Below, piece by piece: positions 28,529 to 38,780 of a stretch of DNA of 64,000 nucleotides; position 1 is the stretch's first letter, and each line of letters starts with the position of its first letter. Source of the stretch: an uncultured Candidatus Rokubacteria bacterium (lineage in GTDB: Bacteria > Methylomirabilota > Methylomirabilia > Rokubacteriales > CSP1-6); assembly GCA_963721815.1 (NCBI GenBank), contig CAVRLO010000010.1, positions 278,257-342,256 of the forward strand. Reading direction: 5' to 3'. The position numbers and the translations under genes were made by a program. A model generated the notes under the pieces. That model made no database searches, had not been told where the DNA came from, and saw nothing but the letters and a program-made list of their open reading frames with translations.

Positions 28529-29782
28529 TTATACCACCCACCGCGCGGGCGGCCGGCGCAGCGCCCAGAAAGCGACGCAGCCGACCAGATACGACGCGAT
28601 CGAGGCCAGAAAGGCGATCCGATAGCTGCCGAAGGCGTCGAAGATCCACCCGGCGGCCCAGGCGCCGATCGGCCGAGCCGATCCCGGTGCCGACCGTGAT
28701 CACGCCCAGGATGGTTCCGAGATGCGGCCCCGGGAACAGATCGGCGGTCTTGGCGGTGATCGCCGGGCCGCGCGCGCCCCAGGTGAGGCCGAAGAAGCAC
28801 GCGTGAAGCCACAAGAGCCACGCGTGCTCGGGGCCCGTGATGAAGAGCGCGAAGATCACGCCGACGATCGAGACCGCGTAGGCGAGGATCGCCGAGAGCT
28901 CGCGCCCGATGTAGTCCGAGATCGTCCCGGTGACGATCGTTCCCCCGACGGCGAGGAAAGCGCCGAATCCCGAGGACGCTGGCCGCGTAGAGCTTGTCGA
29001 AGCCGGCGTCCACGGCGAACGCGAGCTGATGCAGCGAGACGAAGAAGCTTCCGAGACCCGTGCAGAGGTAGACCGTGAACAGGAGCCAGAAGTGAGGCGT
29101 CGCCATCGCCTCGGCCAAGGTCCAGTCGCGGCGAGCCGGACGGGCCGAGGCTCTCCCTTCGTCGGACGATGGCGCGGACGCGGATGAAGCGGTCGGCGAG
29201 GCCGCCGGCGCGGGCCGGCTCGTCACGTCGAAAGAGGGCGGCAAGCGGCCACACCAGGGCGCCCATGAGGCCGGCCTGCGCCAGATAGGCGTGCCGCCAG
29301 CCGATCGCGGAGATCACGAGCTGAGCGAGCGGTGCCGACACGGCGCGCGCGAAGCCGTTCGCCGACTGGACGATCGAGATCGCCATGCCCCGGTTGCGTA
29401 CGAAATGGCGCGAGAGGATCGGCACGAACACGACCAGCCCGAGGCAGTTGGCGCCGAGCGTCATCAAGACGCCGTAGAGCGCCACCAGCTGCCAGAGCGC
29501 GCCGACGTAGGCGCTGCCCAGGAGCCCCAGAGTGAGAACGGCCCCACCCAGCAGCACGAGACGCCGAGGGCCGAGGCGGTCCACCAGCGCGCCGACGAAC
29601 GGCGCGCTCACGCCGTGCACGAGCGCGGACACCGAGAAGGCCAGCGACGTCTCGGCGCGGCTCCACCGGAACTCCTCGAGAAACGCCACGAGGAACACCG
29701 AATAGGAATGCATCAGCGCGGCGCTGATGGCGAAGGTCACGAAGGCGCCGGTGAGCAGGAGTCCGCCGCGCCGCGAGCTCAT
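28529..29782 (-). CDS. MFS transporter with about 3 frameshifts
   Basis: GALVDRLGPRR motif A; later TM segments (FWLL, SDYIGRE, GWIFDAFGSY) are in shifted frames. Confidence 0.8.
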
Positions 29783-29814
29783 GCGCTGTCCCTATACAAT
29801 GGGGCCCGGGACCC

Positions 29815-31385
29815 ATGACCCGGCTGACGGACTACACGACCTACGCCGATGCCCACCGCCACTTTTCGTCCGCGGCGCTGTGGTCGCTCTTCGACGGCGA
29901 TCGCGAGTCGCTGAACATCGCGCACGAGTGCGTCGACCGCCACGCCGGATCCGGACGCGTCGCCGTCCGGGTGGCTCACGCCGACGGGCGCGACGAGAGC
30001 CTGAGCTTTCGCGACCTGGCCGAGTGGTCCTCGCGCTTCGCTCACTGGCTCGCCGCTCGCGGCGTCGAGCGCGGCGATCGCGTGGCGATCATGCTGGAGC
30101 CGTCGCTCGCCTTCTACGCGGCGCTCTTCGGCGCCATCAAGCGCGGCGCCATCGCCGTGCCGCTCTTCACCCTGTTCGGGCCGGACGGCATCAGGCTGCG
30201 GGTCGACGACTGCACGCCGAAGCTCTTGCTGACCAACGCCGAGAAGGCCGAGACGGCGCGCGCGCGCGACGGCCTCGACGTGGTGGTGGCCGACGATCAG
30301 CTGCTGGCCGCGCTCGCGGCTCAGCCGATCCGCTACGAAGCGCGCAGCGCGCTCCGATGATCTCGCCGTATTCCAGTACACGTCGGGTACGACGCGCGAG
30401 CTGCCCGCCGCGGTGCGCCATCCTCAGCGTGCCATCGTCGCGCTCATGGTGGCCGCGCTCTACGGCACCGGCATTCGTCCGGGCGATCGCTTCTTCTGCC
30501 CGTCGTCGCCCGCGTGGGGGCACGGCCTCTGGCACGGCACGCTCGCGCCGCTCGCGCTCGGGCGTCACCACCGGCACGATGGCGGGCAAGTTCGATCCGG
30601 TGAGAATGCTGCAGGCGCTCCAGGAATACGACGTGACCAACCTGTCCGCGGCGGCGACTCACTATCGCATGCTGAAAAGCTCCGGCGAAGACGCGCGGCC
30701 TACCACTACAGCATCCGGAAGCTCTCCTTCACGGGAGAGCCCATGGACAGCGCCACGCGGACGTTCGTCGGGACGACGTTCGGCGCGCCGGCGTGCAGCA
30801 TGTACGGCACGACCGAGGTCGGCGTGATCCTCGCCGACTATCCGGGGGCCGCCGACCACACCGTCAAGCCCGGCGCGCTCGGCAAGCCGGTCCCCGGCGT
30901 CCGCGTCGAAGTGCAGGGCGTCGACGGTCAGCCCTGCTCGCCCGAATCAGATCGGCGAGATCAAGGTATGGCGACGGGGTGCCTGGTTTCCGACGAAGGA
31001 TCGAGGCCACGTGGACGGCGATGGCTACTTCTACCACGCCGGCCGAGCCGACGACGTCATCATCTCGGCGGGCTGGACCATGAGCGCCGTCGAGATCGAG
31101 GACGTGCTGCTCCGGCATCCCGACGTGCGCGAGGCCGCGGTCATCGGCGTCGCCGATCCCCTGCGCGGCCAGGTGGTCAAGGCGTTCATCGTGAGCGCGC
31201 GCGGGGGCGACGACGCCTTCGCCCGCGAGCTGCAGGACTTCACGCGCGCGCGGCTCAGCCAGCACGAGTATCCGCGTCAGGTCGCGTTCGTGACGGCGCT
31301 GCCCAAGACGCCGGCCGGCAAGGTCAACCGCAAGGCGCTTCGTGAATCGGAGTCGAGCGCCGTGGAGCCCACGCATGCCCCGTGA
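29815..31385 (+). CDS. Acyl-CoA synthetase (acetate-CoA ligase-like) with about 4 frameshifts
   Basis: NIAHECVDRH, YTSGTT, YGTTE, GRADDVI and LPKTPAGKV across frames. Confidence 0.82.
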
Positions 31386-32511
31386 GCAGTCGCTCTTTCC
31401 CAAGATCACCGAGCAGGGGCTGGACGACCTGCGCCGCCGCATCGGCGTCAAGATCACCGACACGCTCGAGCCATGGTGCTACGAGGCCACGCGCGACAAC
31501 ATCCGCCACTACGCGCACGGCATCGGCGACGACAACCCGCTCTGGTGCGATCCCGACTATGCGGCGGGCACGCGCTGGGGCGGCATGCTGGCGCCCCGAG
31601 CTTTCTCTTCGCCACGAGCCGGATCATCTCGGGCTACGTCGGCGGGCTCCCGGGCGTGCACGCGATGTGGGCCGGCGCGGACTGGACGTGGCATCTGCCG
31701 GTGCGGCGCAACGACGCGATCTCGACCGAGGCGTCGCTCAAGGAGCTGATCGAGCACCAGACGACGTTCGCCGGGCGATCGATCCAGCAGGTCTATCACG
31801 TCGATTTCTACAACGAGCGCGGAGACCTCGTGGCCGCCGCCGACAGCTGGTGCTTCCGGACCGACCGCGACCAGGCGCGCGAAACGGGCACGAAGTACAC
31901 CGCCGTGAAGGCGAAGCCGCCCAAGCGCTACACGGACGAGGAGCTGGCCGACGTCTACCGGCTCTACGCGAACGAGCAGGTGCGCGGCTCCGGTCGCGCG
32001 GTACTGGGACGACGTGCGCGAGGGCGAGCGGTTGCCGACGATGGCGAAGGGCCCGATGACCGTGACCGGCTTCATCGCCTACGCTCAGGGCTGGGGCGGC
32101 CTCTACATCCGGGCGAACAAGCTCGCCTGGAAGCAGGTGCATCGTCATTCCGGTCTCGGCATCAAGAATCGCTTCGGCATTCCCGACTGCCCGGAGCGCG
32201 TGCACTGGGAGCCCGAGTTCGCGACGATGGTCGGCGCGCCCGGCGCCTACGACTATGGCCCCGAGCGCTGCTCGTGGCTCACCCATCACCTGACCAACTG
32301 GATGGGCGACGACGGGTTCCTGCGCCGCGCACATTGCAAGATCCGGCGCCACAACCCCGAGGGCGACACCCTGCGAATCGACGGCACCGTGGTGAAGAAG
32401 CTCGTCGAGAACGGCCGCCACCTGGTCGAGATCGAGCAGGAAGCGCGCAATCAGGACGGCGAGCTCTCGGTCCTCGGCGGCGGCCTCGTCGAGCTGCCCA
32501 AGCGCGACTGA
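31375..32511 (+). CDS. Tandem MaoC/hotdog (FAS1-like) dehydratase with about 2 frameshifts
   Basis: IRHYAHGIGDDNPLW; second domain HW...GAYDYGPER...NWMGDDG. Confidence 0.8.
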
Positions 32512-32521
32512 GCCGGTCGCG

Positions 32522-34150
32522 ATGGACACGAGCGCGGTGACCCGGTTCGGCGACCTGACCGGCGCGGCCGCCGCGCGCTGGGGCGATCGCGAGGCGCTCG
32601 TCTTTCGCGAGCGCCGCTACACGTTCCGGCAGATCGCCGCCGAAGTCGACCGCGTCGCGCTCGGGCTGATCGGCGCGGGAGTCCGGCCCGGCGAAAAGGT
32701 CGCGATCTGGCTGCTCAACCGCCCGGAGTGGATCTTCGCGATGTTCGCCCTGGCGAAGATCGGCGCCGTCCACGTGCCGATCAACACCCGGTTCAGGACC
32801 GTCGACCTGGCCCAGGTTCTCGAGCGCTCGAACACGGCGACCCTGATCACGCACGACGTCTCCGGCCCGGTCGACTACCTCGGCATGGTCCGTGAGCTCG
32901 CGACCCTCGACGGAGCCGGCGCCGACCGGCGCGTCCAGAGCACGCGGCTGGCCGATCTCGAGCGTGTGATCGTCGTGAGCGATCGGACGTATCCCGGCGT
33001 CTGGAGCTGGCCCGAGCTGCTGGCGGCGACGGGCACGGTCGAGGCGGCGACCCTCGCCGAGCGCGCCGCGGCGGTTCGCCCCGACGACACCGCCTTCATC
33101 ATGTACACGTCGGGGACGACCGGATTCCCCAAGGGCGTGATGCGCGACCACACGATCCTCGCGCATCTGGCCGACCGCTACCGTCGCTTGCAATCCTCCG
33201 AGCGCGACGTGTTCCTCAACTACCTGCCGCTCTTTCACATCTTCGGCTACATCGAGGGACCGCTCGGCTCGACGCTGACCGGCTACCGGCAGATCCTCAC
33301 CGACACGTTCGATCCCGACGAGGCGCTCGACCTCGTCGAGCGCGAAGGCGTCACTCACATCGACGGCTTCGACACCCACCTGAAGCTCCTGATCGACGCG
33401 CAGGAAGTCCGCCCGCGCAACCTCTCGACCCTGCGCACCGGCGTGATCGCGGCAGGCGCCGCGAGCGCGACACCGCTCGTGTACCGCGCGCGCAAGGCGC
33501 TGGCGCCGCTGCGTCATCTGACCGCCTACGGCATGACGGAGGTCGGCGCGACGATCTCGCTGTCGTTCCTCGACTCGACGGAGGAGCAGGCGTGCGAAGC
33601 CTCCGGCGCCCCGTGCGAAGGATTCGAGGTGCGGGTGATCGATCCCGAAACCGGCCGCGACCAGCCATACGGCACGCCGGGCGAGGTCGTGGTTCGCACG
33701 CGATACCTGATGCAGGGCTACTACCGTGATCCCGAGGCCACCGCGCGCGCGATCGACGCGGAGGGCTGGTTCCACACCGGCGACGCCGGCATCCTGCGCG
33801 AGGACGGCCACCTTCGCTTCGTCGGCCGCTACAAGGACATGATCAAGGTCGGCGGCGAGAACGTCGACCCGACCGAGATCGAAAGCTATCTGAGCACCTA
33901 CCCCGGCGTGAGCCAGTCAGCTGTCGTCAGCTATCCGGACCCGCGGCTCGGCGAGGTGCCTGTGGTCTTCGTTCTGGCTGCGCCGGGAGCCACGGTCGCT
34001 CCCGACACGCTGATCGCGTTCTGTCGCGGCCGGATCGCGAGCTTCAAGATCCCCCGTCACGTCTTCGTCGTCGACGAACTGCCGATGACGTCGAGCGGCA
34101 AGGTGCAGAAGGCCCGGCTTCGAGACGAGGCGCGGGCGAGACTCGGCTAG
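32522..34150 (+). CDS. AMP-dependent acyl-CoA ligase (FadD/CaiC-like)
   Basis: YTSGTTGFPKG, YGMTE, WFHTGD, GRYKDMIKVGGENV and PMTSSGKVQK. Confidence 0.94.
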   Translation: MDTSAVTRFGDLTGAAAARWGDREALVFRERRYTFRQIAAEVDRVALGLIGAGVRPGEKVAIWLLNRPEWIFAMFALAKIGAVHVPINTRFRTVDLAQVLERSNTATLITHDVSGPVDYLGMVRELATLDGAGADRRVQSTRLADLERVIVVSDRTYPGVWSWPELLAATGTVEAATLAERAAAVRPDDTAFIMYTSGTTGFPKGVMRDHTILAHLADRYRRLQSSERDVFLNYLPLFHIFGYIEGPLGSTLTGYRQILTDTFDPDEALDLVEREGVTHIDGFDTHLKLLIDAQEVRPRNLSTLRTGVIAAGAASATPLVYRARKALAPLRHLTAYGMTEVGATISLSFLDSTEEQACEASGAPCEGFEVRVIDPETGRDQPYGTPGEVVVRTRYLMQGYYRDPEATARAIDAEGWFHTGDAGILREDGHLRFVGRYKDMIKVGGENVDPTEIESYLSTYPGVSQSAVVSYPDPRLGEVPVVFVLAAPGATVAPDTLIAFCRGRIASFKIPRHVFVVDELPMTSSGKVQKARLRDEARARLG

Positions 34151-34163
34151 GGCTGCGCAGGAA

Positions 34164-34415
34164 TCACTTCGCCGGGCCCGAGGTATACCCGCGGTCGGTC
34201 ATGCAGCGCCGATAGCGATCCTGATTGACCTGCTCGATGGGGCCGCCCGGGCCCGGCGTCACGCGTTTGGCCTCGTCGAGACAATCGAGCGTGTCGCGGC
34301 CGCGCTGCTCTTCGGTCACCCCAGGCTTCGTCCAGGTGTCGCCGGACGAAGCGCAAGCGGCGAGCCAGGCTTGACCGATGACGAGCGCCCCGACGACCAT
34401 CGCACGTCTCACCAT
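34164..34415 (-). CDS. Small lipoprotein
   Basis: Lipobox LAAC; WTKPG...DC...CMTDRGY; GAGGAG RBS. Confidence 0.72.
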   Translation of the reverse strand: MVRRAMVVGALVIGQAWLAACASSGDTWTKPGVTEEQRGRDTLDCLDEAKRVTPGPGGPIEQVNQDRYRRCMTDRGYTSGPAK

Positions 34416-34552
34416 GGCGGTCTCCTCTTCGAAGATCCTCTCCAGAGGATCCAGAGTTTGTCACCGTAGGTCTGGCTCGGCCAGCGATTAGGACGCAAGG
34501 GAGCCGCGGTGGGATCTGCTCGAGGGCCTTCGCGGAACGCCTGAGGAAGATA

Positions 34553-34584
34553 CTTCGGGGGGAGCGGCGGCACTCCCCCCGAAG
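34553..34584. terminator. Hairpin terminator downstream of htrA
   Basis: CTTCGGGGGGAG...CTCCCCCCGAAG 12-bp stem. Confidence 0.65.
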
Positions 34585-34591
34585 AGTTCAG

Positions 34592-36058
34592 CTACGCGGC
34601 GGGAATCGCCACGTACATCGTCTGCCCGTCACGATTCACGAGCATCACGACCGGCGCGTCCTTGGCCTTCTTGTCCAGATGCGCCTTGAAATCCTCGACC
34701 GTGCGAACCGGCCGGCGGTCGACTTCGACGATCACGTCGCCAGCGCGGATGCCGGCCTCGGCGGCGCGACCGCCCTCGATCACATCGCGGACCAGCACGC
34801 CCTCTCGCACCTTGAGCCCGAGCTCGCGGGCCACCGGCGGCGTGAGCGGCTGAACCGAGAGGCCCAGCTTGCCCTTGCCATCGGTGTCGGCGTCGACCTT
34901 GGCGGGCGTCTCATCCTCGAGCCTGGCGATGTGCGCGTTGAGGCGCAGCTCAGCGCCGTCCCGCATCACCACCATCGGCGCGTCCTTCCCGACCGGGACA
35001 TCGGCGACGAGCCCCGGCAGATCGGTCGCCTTCGAGACTTTCTTGCCGTTGAACTCGACGATCACGTCACCGGCCTTCACGCCGGCCTTGTCCGCCGGCG
35101 AGCCTTCGACCACCGTCGAGACCAGCGCCCCGGTGCCATCGCCGCGCTTGAAGCTCTTGGCGAGCTCCTTCGTGAGCGGCTGGATCGACACGCCGAGCCA
35201 GCCGCGCTCGACCGTACCGCGGTCGGCGAGCTGCGTGATCACCGTCTTGGCCAGGCTCGACGGCACCGCGAAACCGATGCCGACCGAACCGCCGCTGCGG
35301 CTGAAGATCGCCGTGTTGATGCCGATGACCTCACCGCGCGCGTTGATCAGCGGGCCGCCGCTGTTGCCGGGGTTGATCGACGCGTCGGTCTGGATGAAGT
35401 TGTCGTACGGCCCGCTGCCGATCACGCGGCCGGTCGCGCTCACGATCCCGGTGGTCACCGTCTGCTCGAGCCCGAACGGATTGCCGATGGCCATCACCGG
35501 CTCGCCGACCTGAAGCGCCGTCGAATCGCCGAGAGGGATCACCGGCAGTCCCGTAGCCTCCACCTTCAGGAGGGCGAGATCGGTCTTCGCGTCACGCCCC
35601 ACCACCTTGGCGGGCAGCTCGCGGCCATCGCTCAGCTTCACCTGGATCTCGGCCGCGTTCTCGACCACGTGGTTGTTGGTCACGATGAAGCCATTGGCGT
35701 TCAGGATGAACCCCGAGCCCCCGGCCCGCATGGGGCGGCGCGGCCCCTCGTCGAAGAAGCGTTTGAAGAAATCTTCGAACGAGCGCTCGTCCGGGCGCCC
35801 TTTGGGCGACGGCGCCTCCGCCGACTCGGCATTCCGCTTGGCGCTGATGTTCACCACCGCGGGCTTCGCCTCCTTGCTGAGGCGCACCCAGTCCGGCGCC
35901 TGGATCTGGGCGCTCTGAGCCGTCGGGCGCTCCGTCCAGATCGCGGTCTTGGAGGTTCCGGTGAAGCCGAAATGGGGCAGCAACCCTATCAGGGCCGCTA
36001 CCGCGGTCAGGGCGACGACGGGCGCCGCCCAGCGTTGATACTTCCTTGAGAGATTCAT
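34592..36058 (-). CDS. htrA: HtrA/DegP-DegQ serine protease with two PDZ domains
   Basis: TNNHVV, DLALLK and INPGNSGGPL catalytic triad; two PDZ repeats; GGAGG RBS. Confidence 0.95.
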   Translation of the reverse strand: MNLSRKYQRWAAPVVALTAVAALIGLLPHFGFTGTSKTAIWTERPTAQSAQIQAPDWVRLSKEAKPAVVNISAKRNAESAEAPSPKGRPDERSFEDFFKRFFDEGPRRPMRAGGSGFILNANGFIVTNNHVVENAAEIQVKLSDGRELPAKVVGRDAKTDLALLKVEATGLPVIPLGDSTALQVGEPVMAIGNPFGLEQTVTTGIVSATGRVIGSGPYDNFIQTDASINPGNSGGPLINARGEVIGINTAIFSRSGGSVGIGFAVPSSLAKTVITQLADRGTVERGWLGVSIQPLTKELAKSFKRGDGTGALVSTVVEGSPADKAGVKAGDVIVEFNGKKVSKATDLPGLVADVPVGKDAPMVVMRDGAELRLNAHIARLEDETPAKVDADTDGKGKLGLSVQPLTPPVARELGLKVREGVLVRDVIEGGRAAEAGIRAGDVIVEVDRRPVRTVEDFKAHLDKKAKDAPVVMLVNRDGQTMYVAIPAA

Positions 36059-36138
36059 GAGTCCGCCTCCGTGTTCGTTCAAGTTGAGCTCCTCGCGCGA
36101 CCTCGTCCGTCTCACGAGACATACGATAGCGGCCGAAG

Positions 36139-36165
36139 GTAAGCCGGTCGTGAGACGTGGATGAG
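36139..36165 (-). promoter_or_regulatory. Tandem direct repeats, putative OmpR-family response-regulator site for htrA
   Basis: CTCAT/CTCAC/CTTAC at 11-bp periodicity, just upstream of a TATCGT -10-like hexamer. Confidence 0.5.
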
Positions 36166-36192
36166 AAGATTCTTATTCGGTCGAGCCGGGAG

Positions 36193-37584
36193 CTACGCGG
36201 CGGGGAGGCGAATCGTGAACCGGCTGCCGCCGCCGGCGCGGCTCTGAACCTCGAGGGTGCCGCCGTGGGCCAGGACGATCGAGCGGGCGATGGCCAGGCC
36301 GAGCCCGCTGCCGCCGGCCTCGCGGTTGCGCCCGGCGTCGAGCCGCACGAAGGGCTCGAAGATACGCTCGGTATCGGCCGGATCGATGCCGATGCCGGTG
36401 TCCTCGACGACGAGCGCCGCTCCCTCGTGCGTCCGATCCAGCGAGATCACGACACTGCCGCCGGCGGGCGTGTACTTGACCGCGTTGTCGACCAGGTTCA
36501 GCAGCGCGCGCCGCAGCGCGCCGGCGTCGCCGGGCGCCACCGCGGGGGCCGTCGCGTCCAGGCGCACCGTGACGCCCTTGCCCTTGGCCAGCCGCACGCC
36601 GAGTTCGAGCGCCTCGAGACACAAGGCCTCGAGGTCCACCGGCTGGCGGGTTGCGGTGGGCCCGGCCGTCGATCGCGAGAGGAGCAGCAGGTCCTCGGCC
36701 AGACGGATGAGCTGGTCGACCTCTTCGAGGCTCGAGGCGAGAACCCGGCGGTACTCGGTCGGCGAGCGCTCGGCGCGCAGCGCGATCTCGATGCCGCCCC
36801 TGAGGGCGGTGAGCGGCGTCCGCAGCTCGTGCGCGGCGTCGGCGGTGAAGCGCTGCATCCCGCCGAAGGCGGCCTGCAGCCGGCCGAGCATCGCGTTGAG
36901 CGTGCCCGCGAGCCGGTCGATCTCATCGTCCGTGCCCCGCCGCTCGAGGCGCCGGCTCAAGTCCTCGGCGCTGATGCGAAGCGCGCTCTGCGACATCCGA
37001 TCGACCGGCCGGAGCGCGCGCCGAGCCAGGAGCCAGCCGCCGACGGCCGAGAGCACCACCCCCAACGGGACCAGCACGAGCAAGGTCTCGATGTAGCGGA
37101 GGAGGGTCTGGCGTGTGCGCCTGAGCGGCATCGCCACCTGGACCAGGTCGACGATGCGGCCGCCGCGCACGACGGGCATCGTGAGCAGGCGGGCCGGCTC
37201 GCCCGTGGTGAGCTCCACCGTCTCCAGGGTCGGCGCGCCCCGCAGCGCGTTCGTGCGCGCCTCGCGCGAGAGCGGCAGCGAGGGCCGCAGCGCCCGGGAG
37301 CGCACGCGTCCCTCGGGGTCGAGGAGCTGCATCAGCGCGTCAGCGAACTCCGGGCCGAGAAACCCGCGCACCAGGGGCTCGAGGTCCGGCGGCAGCGGCG
37401 AGGCCGGATCCGCCGGTGGGGCATCGCGCAGGACGCCGGCCACGGTGAAGAGCGAGGCGTCGAGGTCGTTGAGAAGATGCCAGCGCAGGAGCGAGTACGA
37501 GGCGACACTGACCGTCAACAAGATCGCGACGACCACGCCCGTGTACCAGAGCGTGAGGCGGGCCCGGATCGAGAGCGGTTTCAT
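36193..37584 (-). CDS. HAMP sensor histidine kinase (CusS/CpxA-like)
   Basis: DAAHELRTPL H-box, NLVDNAVKY, DTGIGI and GSGLGL. Confidence 0.95.
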   Translation of the reverse strand: MKPLSIRARLTLWYTGVVVAILLTVSVASYSLLRWHLLNDLDASLFTVAGVLRDAPPADPASPLPPDLEPLVRGFLGPEFADALMQLLDPEGRVRSRALRPSLPLSREARTNALRGAPTLETVELTTGEPARLLTMPVVRGGRIVDLVQVAMPLRRTRQTLLRYIETLLVLVPLGVVLSAVGGWLLARRALRPVDRMSQSALRISAEDLSRRLERRGTDDEIDRLAGTLNAMLGRLQAAFGGMQRFTADAAHELRTPLTALRGGIEIALRAERSPTEYRRVLASSLEEVDQLIRLAEDLLLLSRSTAGPTATRQPVDLEALCLEALELGVRLAKGKGVTVRLDATAPAVAPGDAGALRRALLNLVDNAVKYTPAGGSVVISLDRTHEGAALVVEDTGIGIDPADTERIFEPFVRLDAGRNREAGGSGLGLAIARSIVLAHGGTLEVQSRAGGGSRFTIRLPAA

Positions 37585-37586
37585 CG

Positions 37587-38264
37587 TCAGGCCTCGTCCT
37601 TCAGCACGTAGCCGGCGCCGCGGATCGTGTGGAACAGCTTGCGCTCCTGCGGCCCGTCGATCTTGCGGCGAAGGTAGCCGACGTACACGTCGACGATGTT
37701 GCTCTCGGGGTCGAAATCGAGCCCCCACACGTGCTGGACCAGCATCGGCCGCGTGAGGATGCGGCCGGCGCTGCGCATGAAGTACTCGAGCAGCGCCCAC
37801 TCTCGCGTGGTGAGCTCGATTCGCCGGCCCGCTCGCTCGACCTTGCGCGTGGCGGGATCCAGCGTCAGGTCGGCCAGCCGGAGCACGGGCGCGCGCCGAT
37901 CCGAGCCGCGCCGGAACAGGGCCCGGACCCGGGCTAGCAGCTCCTCGAAAGCGAACGGCTTGGCCAGGTAGTCGTCGGCGCCCAGATCGAGCCCGGTCAC
38001 CTTGTCGGCCACGCTGTCGCGTGCGGTGAGCATGATGACGGGCGCGCGCACGCCCGCCTGGCGCGCGGCCTTGAGCACGGCGAAGCCGTCGCGCTTGGGC
38101 AGCATGACGTCGAGCACGATCAGATCGTAGGGATTACCCGCCAGGAGCAGCTCGAGCGCGCCGTCACCATCGGCCGCGGCCTCCACGGTGTGCCCTTCTT
38201 CCTCGAGCCCCTGGCGGATGAAGCTCGCGACCTTCCGATCGTCCTCGACGACGAGAATCCGCAT
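37587..38264 (-). CDS. OmpR-family response regulator
   Basis: MRILVVEDD, LDVMLP, GADDYLAKPF, winged-helix TIRGAGY. Confidence 0.95.
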   Translation of the reverse strand: MRILVVEDDRKVASFIRQGLEEEGHTVEAAADGDGALELLLAGNPYDLIVLDVMLPKRDGFAVLKAARQAGVRAPVIMLTARDSVADKVTGLDLGADDYLAKPFAFEELLARVRALFRRGSDRRAPVLRLADLTLDPATRKVERAGRRIELTTREWALLEYFMRSAGRILTRPMLVQHVWGLDFDPESNIVDVYVGYLRRKIDGPQERKLFHTIRGAGYVLKDEA

Positions 38265-38381
38265 GGTGTGCCTGGCCCATCGTACCTCGCCCTCCGGGCC
38301 AAGCGCCGAATGCGCCGAGACTAAGGTCCAATACGGAAGGACGCGACACAGTGACAGGCTTTCCGGCACAGGAGAACTATC

Positions 38382-38753
38382 ATGCGTAATCTTCGGTTCG
38401 TGGTGCTCGCGGTCCTGTTGCTCCTCGTCCAAGCGTGCGCGTCGGCCACCCCGAGAACACCCGTCACCAGCATCGATCAGCTCGCCGGCAAGTGGAAAGG
38501 CACGGTGACGATCGGGCCGCGCGTCGATTTTCTCTGGCTCACGATCAACAAGGACCGAACGCTGATCGCGATCTGGGGAGACATCACCGCCCGCGGTACG
38601 GTGACCGTGTCGGGCGGGCAAGCGACGTATGAGATGGGTCCGCCGCTGCAGGAGGGCTCGCTCACGCTGTACGTCGACGCCGGGGGCAAGCGCCAGATCA
38701 ACATGGAGAGCATGAACGGCGTCTTCTATGCCACGGTCACGCCCGAGTCATAG
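38382..38753 (+). CDS. Hypothetical lipoprotein
   Basis: Lipobox VQAC, LAGKWKG beta-rich body, AGGAG RBS. Confidence 0.75.
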   Translation: MRNLRFVVLAVLLLLVQACASATPRTPVTSIDQLAGKWKGTVTIGPRVDFLWLTINKDRTLIAIWGDITARGTVTVSGGQATYEMGPPLQEGSLTLYVDAGGKRQINMESMNGVFYATVTPES

Positions 38754-38780
38754 CGACGACTCGCGGCGTCGGCCGTCCGG

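Noticed and set aside
36193-38264. Copper/heavy-metal sensing CusRS assignment
   Set aside because: No metal efflux genes adjacent; the htrA context favours envelope stress, so left unnamed
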